Below are positions 56,650 through 64,000 of a DNA stretch of 64,000 nt, in pieces. The notes beneath the pieces are model-generated. The model was not told where the DNA came from. It searched no databases and worked only from the letters and a program-made list of their open reading frames with translations. The DNA is taken from assembly GCF_009914755.1 (NCBI RefSeq), contig NC_060931.1. The stretch is one strand, 5' to 3'. Position numbers and translations under genes: made by a program. How positions within the stretch are numbered: the first letter of the stretch is position 1; every line of letters begins with the position of its first letter. Source of the stretch: the human T2T-CHM13v2.0 reference genome, Homo sapiens.

Positions 56650-58243
56650 TGCCTTGGTGCTGGTTAGGTTTTATTTTAACAGGATGTTTTCTCTTATTTT
56701 TCAAAATATCAGTTATATCAATATTAGAAGTGTAAACAGGTACAAAATATACAGTACATAGAAACAATTTTCTTAACTAGTCTATCGCCTAATAAAAGTA
56801 TGCATGAGGGGGCTGAATGAATGGGCACTGCCAGGTCCCTCCGTCTGCAGGGGAAACAAGAGGACCAGTGGCTGCTTCAACAAAACAGGAATGGATATTT
56901 GTGTGGTAGGAACAGCACTGTGGTCGAATCAAGAAATCTGGGCCCACCTTTATGATGTTAGATGCTGGAATGAACAAGCCACTTGGCCCCCAAACCCAGC
57001 CTCGTGAGCTGTGCCCTCTGAGAGTGCACACATTAAGGAGGCTGGGGCACAGGGGAGGCGGCTGCTACAAGCAGAAGTTCCTTTGAGGCCTGGTGACTGG
57101 ACTCTTGTCGGTGTGGGACAAATATTTTAAGAGGGAAAACCTGGAAATCTCTGTTCACCCACAGTGATGTTCCAGTAGAATGAGGCATCTCGCCTGTTGC
57201 TCTTCCCCACTCATGGCACGCCACGTGTACCCACAGTGAGAGGCTGAGGTGTGTCCCCTCTGAGCAGTTTGCACCTCTAAAAAGAAATCCCTGTCCTGCT
57301 GCTTCCCAAGGTCACAGTAATGATCAAATGAGATGCATTTTGAAAATAAGAAACTACCACACAAAGTGAACAGGAGACAGAAGCATCTCACGGAGTGGGA
57401 GGCAGCCCCAGGTTGGGGTGGGCGGCCAGGCTTTGCTCCCAGCTCTGCTGAGAGCTAGACGTTTGTGGTGCAGCTCCCCAGTTTCAGCTTCTCCATCTCC
57501 CCAGACCTAACGCTGGGATTTCAGACAACTCGTCCTTATGAGGCCAGGGAGTCACACACTAGGGGACACCACCAAGTGCCCTTGGGACGGGTACCACAGA
57601 TGGCCCAAAATAGAGAAAAGTTGGGGCCAGCACTTTTGGGGGGCCTTTTCAGGAGAGGCAAGCTGGGAAATGCAACCGCTACTCCCGGAGGGGTCCTTCC
57701 TGCTGCACTGAGGTGTGCTCCAAGGGACCCAATGGCCCTCACTGCCCAGGGGCTTGGTGCGCTAGGCCCACTCAGCCCAACTGGGCAGAGCAGGGGCACA
57801 CACAGGACCCCATCCCCAGGAGTCAGTGGGCCAGGGGTCCCCAACTGGCCAACCTTCCAACACACTATCAGACTCAGTGAGATAGTGACAGAAATGCACG
57901 CCCTGAAAACCAAAAGTACCTACAAAATTTAAATAGCCCTATTACTATTTTCCAGCTTTTTCCTCAAGAATTAAAAAAAAACAAAAAACAAAAAACAAAA
58001 CAGGTTTGCAATTAAATTACTTAAAATTCTACGGCGCTCCCATTTCACAGAGAATTCTACTTGGTTTAGAGGTGGCAGCTGTCCTGGTGGATAGTTTCTC
58101 TTTCTCCAGTGATCATCAGTTCAGCAACTTGGACATTTGGTTCTCCCCGTCCCGCGTCTGCCTGAAGCTTCCACGCCGCCCTGCTGCCTGCACACGGGGC
58201 TTTTTACACGTGCGGCCGGCAGGGGCTATGGGGCTGGAGGCGC
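56650..58243 (-). other. ZNF746: ZNF746 3'UTR with poly(A) signal AATAAA at 56670-56675 (3' end approximate)
   Basis: Follows the stop codon; repeat-free; AT-rich distal end with TGTA motifs upstream of AATAAA. Confidence 0.75.
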
Positions 58244-59340
58244 TCACATGTCCCCGCCATCGGTGGGTCCCAGGACGCTGAGGCCACAAGTCCAGTCGGT
58301 CACAAGGTCTGTGGAGGCCAAAGGTCCTTTGGAGGCGGGGCTCTTGAAGGGATCAGGAGGTGCGGGCGGCGTCGGGAGTGGCTGGCCTCGGGCCGGGGTC
58401 TTGGCGCCCGCTGCATGGTTGCGCTGGTGCTTGCGGAGGTGGTCCTTGCGGATGAAGCTTTTGCCGCAGACGGTGCAGGTGAAGGGCCGCACGCCCGTGT
58501 GCGTTCGGTAGTGGTCGATGAGCTTGGAGCGTTCGGTGAAGCGCTTCTCACACTCGGTGCAGGGGAAGGGCCGCTCGCCGGTGTGCAGCATGCGATGGCG
58601 GATGAGGTGCGCGGGGCGCGTGAAGCAACGGCCGCACTCCCCACACCGAAGGGCGCTGCCATCCCGTGCGCTGCCCCCACCGCTGCCGCCACCGCCGCCG
58701 CCACTGCCGCTGCCGCCACCGCCTGTGCCCGGGCCCGACCCGTCGGGCGCCCCACAGCTGCGCTGGTGCGCGCTCAGGCTGACTTGCAGCTGGAAGCTCT
58801 TCCCACACGTGGCGCAGGTGAAGGGCCGGCCCCCGGGGGGCGCCGCGGGGTGCTTCTTCAGCCCTGGCTTGTGGCCAAAGCCTTTGGTCCGGCCAGGGTA
58901 TTTACAGGGTTCGTTGAATGGCCTTGGGGCCTGGCTGGGGTCCAAGATGGCCTCTCCGTTGTCCGGGGAGGAGTAAGGAAGCCCCTCGGGCCCCGTCCTC
59001 GGGTTCAGGCCCACTGGCGGTTTACACCGGAAATTCCAGCCCCACCGGACCCCTCCGAAGAGCCAGTCCCCAGGAGGGGTCTCCTCCTGGGCCACAGCAG
59101 GACTGAGCTCACCCATGTCCCTCTCAGGCCGGGCGGGCTCTCGCAGCCCCAGCACAGGGTCCTGGCTGGGGAAGGAGCTGCCCTGGCTTTCCCAGGCTCC
59201 TTCCTGGGCAGGACTAGGGAAGAACCGTGTGGCTTGGCCTGGTCCAAACAGGGTCCCGTGAGCCTCTAGGTCAGTAGGATGTACGGGTGTGGCCACCACC
59301 TCCTCTTCCTGGACTTCTGTTTTTATTACAATTTTTACAT
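58244..59340 (-). CDS. ZNF746: ZNF746 (PARIS) terminal coding exon: IVIKTE, one C2HC and three C2H2 fingers, Gly-rich linker (alternative start 59343)
   Basis: Tandem acceptor ctttctcag|cag|AT, phase 1; fingers CATC..HQRSC, CGEC, CTEC, CTVC; ends PTDGGDM*. Confidence 0.95.
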
Positions 59341-59892
59341 CTGCTGAGAAAGACAGAAAGACAGATACTGACCTGTCCCTTAACTGCTGAGCGAGCCACG
59401 ATCTGCCACCATCACCTGCTCAGCAGCTGCCTGGCCAGACAAACTCCACCCAGGCCCTCGTGGCTGAGCCCAGAGGGCAGCTCAGCAGAGCAGCCTGGTG
59501 GCTGTGAGGCTGCCTCCCCCTCGAGGACACCAGTGTTCTGGCACCTTCACCACAGGACAAGCCACCATATCTGCTCCCCAGGCTCCATTTTTCAGTTTGG
59601 CTGTTAAGGCTAAGCATGAATTGATCCTCAGAAAGGAATTCGAACTGCTGCAGGCACTGTGCACCACCACAGTGCAGGGAATGGGGGTTCAGACAGCTCG
59701 GCCACACACCAGCTGTGGGCTGCAGGCAGTTTCTCACCCACAGCTCATCTGTGAATGCCCACTTCACAGGTGTGAGGATTAAACCAGACAACATGTCTGA
59801 AAGCACCTTAGTGAGCTATTTGACATGCAGCAGCATTCAATAAATGGACCCACTAGCTAATGATAAAAATATTAGTGAATAAGAATGTGTTT

Positions 59893-60204
<312 letters not shown>

Positions 60205-60781
60205 ATGTGTTTGATTTTATATAAGCGTACTTCAACTTCACATTCTGAGGTTTCACATCAGGGATCTTGGCTATTAGCACGTTTTTTGGGTGCTAAAATA
60301 TGACGTTATTATAGTTAACAGGTGACTGGTCTTCAAAACAGAAGTAAACAGAAAGCTAACAGATAAATTTGGTGGTGGTTCTTCTGAAATCGGCCTTCAG
60401 ACACCTGTCTTTGGTAGTACCAATATCTAAGAAGTGGTTTCAGTTCAATTTTGTTTTCCTCCATGCCAGAGAGAAGCCACAGTTTCCTAAGCTGGGGAGG
60501 AGGTATATCCTTCAAGAGATCGGCTTGTTAGAATAGACCACTTAACACCATATGAAAAAGCAACAGACTGAAACATGGATGTCCTCAAGAAGGGCTGCTG
60601 ACACCTATGATTTGGCAAGGAGATAAATAACAGAATGTGCAAAGGGTCATAAGAGTGCAGACACCCTAATGTCTGTTGGCTGGAAGGTCAGAGCAGTTCA
60701 CCAGTGAAAATGGGATGCCTGGACCGAGGTACTCCCCACAGGCAAGCATGGCCCTTCCCTTCCTCCTCTCGCCACCTGTAC

Positions 60782-60907
60782 CTTCCGTGGAGGCTGCTGT
60801 GTTGAGCTTCAGGGTCCCGTCCGAGCATGCTGAAGAGGGATGGTGGGGAGGGAGATCCGTTTGCCAGGAGGTGGGCGGGATGGTGGTGGAAAAGTTGGAA
60901 TGGACAC
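60782..60907 (-). CDS. ZNF746: ZNF746 internal exon (126 nt): [16 protein letters not shown]...AASTE
   Basis: Acceptor ccttaccgcag|GT, donor GAAG|gtacag; phase 1-1. Confidence 0.92.
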
Positions 60908-61423
60908 CTGCGGTAAGGGGAGAGCAGAGCCGGTGGGTTAGGGGACGGACGGGGAGGACAGAAGACTGTTGGGGAGGAGAGCAGGCTAAACTCTGAGGTC
61001 CCCCCACTGGGGGCTTTTCTGAGTGGGCACGAGAACCCAACCTCTCTGAACCCAGTGTCTTTTGTCCCCCTTTCTGAGGCACTGGGAAGCTCAGACATCA
61101 TCAGTATGTTTCCCACGGGCCCCTCTCGAATAGAGGCAGCCAGTGACTTCAATGCCCAATGCTGGGGCAAGAGAAGCGGCCTCACGGTGATATAGGGGCC
61201 ACTGGAACAGGGCCAGAGAGACACCCAGGGACAGCATCAGCCACCCGAGAGAGGCTCGAGACAAGTCCTTTAGTACAGTCCTACCTCGAGACGGGAAAAT
61301 TTCTAAAGTTGTCAGGCCGGAAGTGTTGAGGGCCCACAGCTCCCCCATGCTGCCACGAGCCCTCCCCTGTCCCTCCTGTGATCCCTGCAACTTGTTCCTT
61401 ATGTCCCCGTCTCAGCCACTTAC

Positions 61424-61615
61424 CAGAGGTGGCATCCGTGGAGATGTCTCCTGCTCCGGAATCCAGCTGGCTGAGGCCCCAGGGCTCCTCCCCAATATCT
61501 GGCTGCCCGGCTGCCCACGCCTCCACGCCCAGGGCCTGCTGCTCCTGGAGCTGGAGCTCACCCTCCTGCTTGATCTGCATCAAGAGGTCTGGGGCGGGAA
61601 CTGGGGGCCCCGAGC
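61424..61615 (-). CDS. ZNF746: ZNF746 internal exon (192 nt): [20 protein letters not shown]...DATS
   Basis: Acceptor ctttcctag|GC, donor TCTG|gtaagt; phase 1-1; upstream DUF3669/KRAB exons lie beyond the window end. Confidence 0.92.
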
Positions 61616-62559
61616 CTAGGAAAGGGAGTGAGTGTGAGGATACAGCATCACGGCCCCTCAGCCCTGGGGCATACACGCATCCAGCCGGAGAGATAGACAC
61701 AGGGGCCTTACAAGGGTCCAACAGCAAAAGAGCCTGGTGGGAAGGGAGGCAGCAGCAAACAGGATGGGAGCCTAGGGCAGAGCCTGAGGTCACATGGTAT
61801 TGGGAATGCGGGTAGGGTAGGAAAGGCTGAGGCGGGGGAGGGGAAGAATACACAAGCACATTCTCAGGGCTAGGCTGGTGGTCCAGAGGGAGACTAAGTT
61901 GCCCTGGGGATGGCCTGCCCTCACTTGAAACACAAGAAATGCTGAACAAAAGTGAACCCCAAGTCCCCCCAAAACCTTCCCCCCTCATATATTTAAGTGA
62001 GTGCAAAAGAAAAGATCCCAGAGGCAAGAATGACAGAGAACACACAGAGTCAATCACGAGTTACAGTGGAAGGCAAGTGACCTAGAGAGTTGTTGGAGTA
62101 GGATACAGGCCTTAGGGGCTGGGCTTTCATGTCCATGTGAGGTTGGGAGTGTGGCCGAGCCGCCTGCCTGAAGCCAGGAGTCATAGGCTCTGGCCTGTCT
62201 GTGAGATGGGGACTAGGAAAACTCTGTCTGCCTGCGGGAGCCACCAGGAAGCAGCCTACTTGTCCAGGGCTATGTGTGGGAAAGAAACCCATAAAAACTT
62301 GGAATCCCATGTCCACACAGAATTCACACTACCCACACGGGCAGACACCATAAACTGAGAAATTCACAGAAAAATTGGCTGAGAGCCATGGCAACTCAGG
62401 AGGCCCCAGCATGGGCAAATGCAGATCTGCCTCAGAGGGGCACCCACACAATGCAGTCCACAGGGGGCTCCTAAGGGAAAACTAAAACCAGAAGAAAAAC
62501 TAAAACTTACAAAACAGAAGAGGTGCCAAATGGCCATGAGAGTCATGGCAGAGTTCACT

Positions 62560-63600
62560 CCCAAGAACTAATGAAAAAAAGGAGAGGCTGAATGATACAG
62601 TAACCTAAGTATGTCTAAGATCATCAAAGAGATAAAGAACAGAATCTTTAAGGCAAGAACAGCAAATTATTTTGAAAAAGGTAGATTTGAAAAAGAACTC
62701 AACATTCTAGAAACGACAGAGGCAGCTGTGGAAATGAAAAACTCAAATGGATGGCTCTGGCTCAACAACAACAGACTGAACACAGCTAGAGAGAATATTA
62801 GTGACTTGGGAGAGAGATCCAGGGAAATAACCCAGAGTACAACACTGAGAGATAAAGAATGAAAAATATGAAAAAGTTAAGAGACATGGAGGACAGAATG
62901 AGAAATTCCAACACATGCTGGTAGAAATCCCAGAAGAAGAGAATGGAGAAATGAGTAATGGCAATAGGTAAAGAAATAATGGTTGAGAATTTTCCAAAAC
63001 TGAAGGCATTGTTAAGTCCACAGTTTGAAGGAACAGACCAATTCCCAAGTAGGTAATAAAACAAACAAACAAACCTAGACAACATTCATGTGAAATGGAA
63101 CCACAGCAAAGACAAAGAGAAAAACCTTAAAAGGTACCCAAGAGAAAATAATGACATTCAGACTACAGGAGATTTTCTTCAGCAACTAGGATATCAGAAG
63201 ACAATGGAATATCTTCAAATGTTGAGAGAAAACATCTGTCAACTCATTTTATGAGGCTAAGACAATTTTTATTGCACAAACTAGAGGGGTAGTATATGAA
63301 CAAATTTAAAAAATAATCTCATATATGAACAGATATGCAAAGATTCTAAATGAAAGAATTACAAATCAAACTCAGCAATATATTTTCAAAAAAGAAAAAG
63401 ACATATTATGAACACATTGGGTTTATTCTGAGAGCTCAAGGATAACACTAGAAAATATAACGAACAAAGTTAAGATTAATAGCAAAAACAATATAATCAT
63501 CTCAACAGATGTAAAAACAGCATTTAGCTCTTCTATTTCTGACATATGGCTGGCTAGATGTGCAGAGAAACAGAAATTCCTCCCAATGTGGAATATCTAA
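62560..63600 (+). mobile_element. Old L1 ORF1/ORF2 fragments
   Basis: aacagactgaacacagctagagagaatattagtgacttgg, gagacatggaggacagaatgaga, gagaattttccaaaactga. Confidence 0.75.
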
Positions 63601-63612
63601 AATTGCTGAGTA

Positions 63613-63892
63613 GGCTGGGTACAGTGGCTCATGTCTGTAATCTCAGCAGTCTGGGAGGCTGAGGTGGGAGGAGCTCTTGAGCCCAGGAGTTTGAGGCTGC
63701 AGTGAGCCATGTTTGTGCCACTACACTTCAGGCTGGGTGACAAGGTGAGACCCTGTTTCAAATAAACAAACAAAAAAAGCCAGCCTAGGCAACATAGAAG
63801 ACCCTGTCTCCACAGAGGGGAAAAAAAAAAGTTTTTAAAAAAAGTTAGCCAGGCATGGTGGCATCCCCTGTGGTCCCAGCTACTCAGGAGGC
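63613..63892 (+). mobile_element. Two partial Alu (J-type) pieces
   Basis: ggctgggtacagtggctcatg...gaccctgtttcaaa; cagcctaggcaacata...cccagctactcaggaggc. Confidence 0.85.
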
Positions 63893-64000
63893 CCATTGTG
63901 GCCCAAAAACTTCCAGGTCAAGACTGTAGCTTGAAGTGGTCCTAAGTCTGCATTGGCATCAGATGACCAGCTGAGGAACACACACACATTCTCAGGAGGA

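Noticed and set aside
58415-59269. 284-aa antisense ORF over the ZNF746 terminal exon
   Set aside because: Same antisense-shadow artefact; no recognisable domain

Overview
Primate genomic DNA, almost certainly human, rich in Alu/L1/L2/MIR repeats. By recall of the encoded proteins it is the chr7q36.1 DUF3669-KRAB zinc-finger cluster. The window holds the complete minus-strand ZNF777 gene: five coding exons at 39013-39858, 37947-38073, 34833-34946, 20424-20675 and 15626-16782 sum to 2496 nt = 831 aa (DUF3669, KRAB-A/B, 9 C2H2 fingers), with a CpG-island promoter at about 43.1-45.0 kb. It also holds the last three exons and 3'UTR of the tandem paralog ZNF746/PARIS (minus strand, about 56.65-61.6 kb) and an orphan CpG island at about 6.1-7.2 kb. 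Most other ORFs in the supplied track are Alu-derived or GC-rich shadow frames. I see no wholly new biological system. The best leads are: (1) a second, coding first exon for ZNF777 (Kozak ATG, MAEAAPAP, GTGAG donor) in frame with exon 2; (2) a cryptic 12-aa/36-bp repeat that builds the ZNF777 N-terminus; (3) fossil zinc fingers in both genes that align the two finger arrays; (4) a repeated IVIKxE module at exon starts; (5) template-switch palindromes inside Alus. Repeat boundaries and subfamilies are by eye and approximate.
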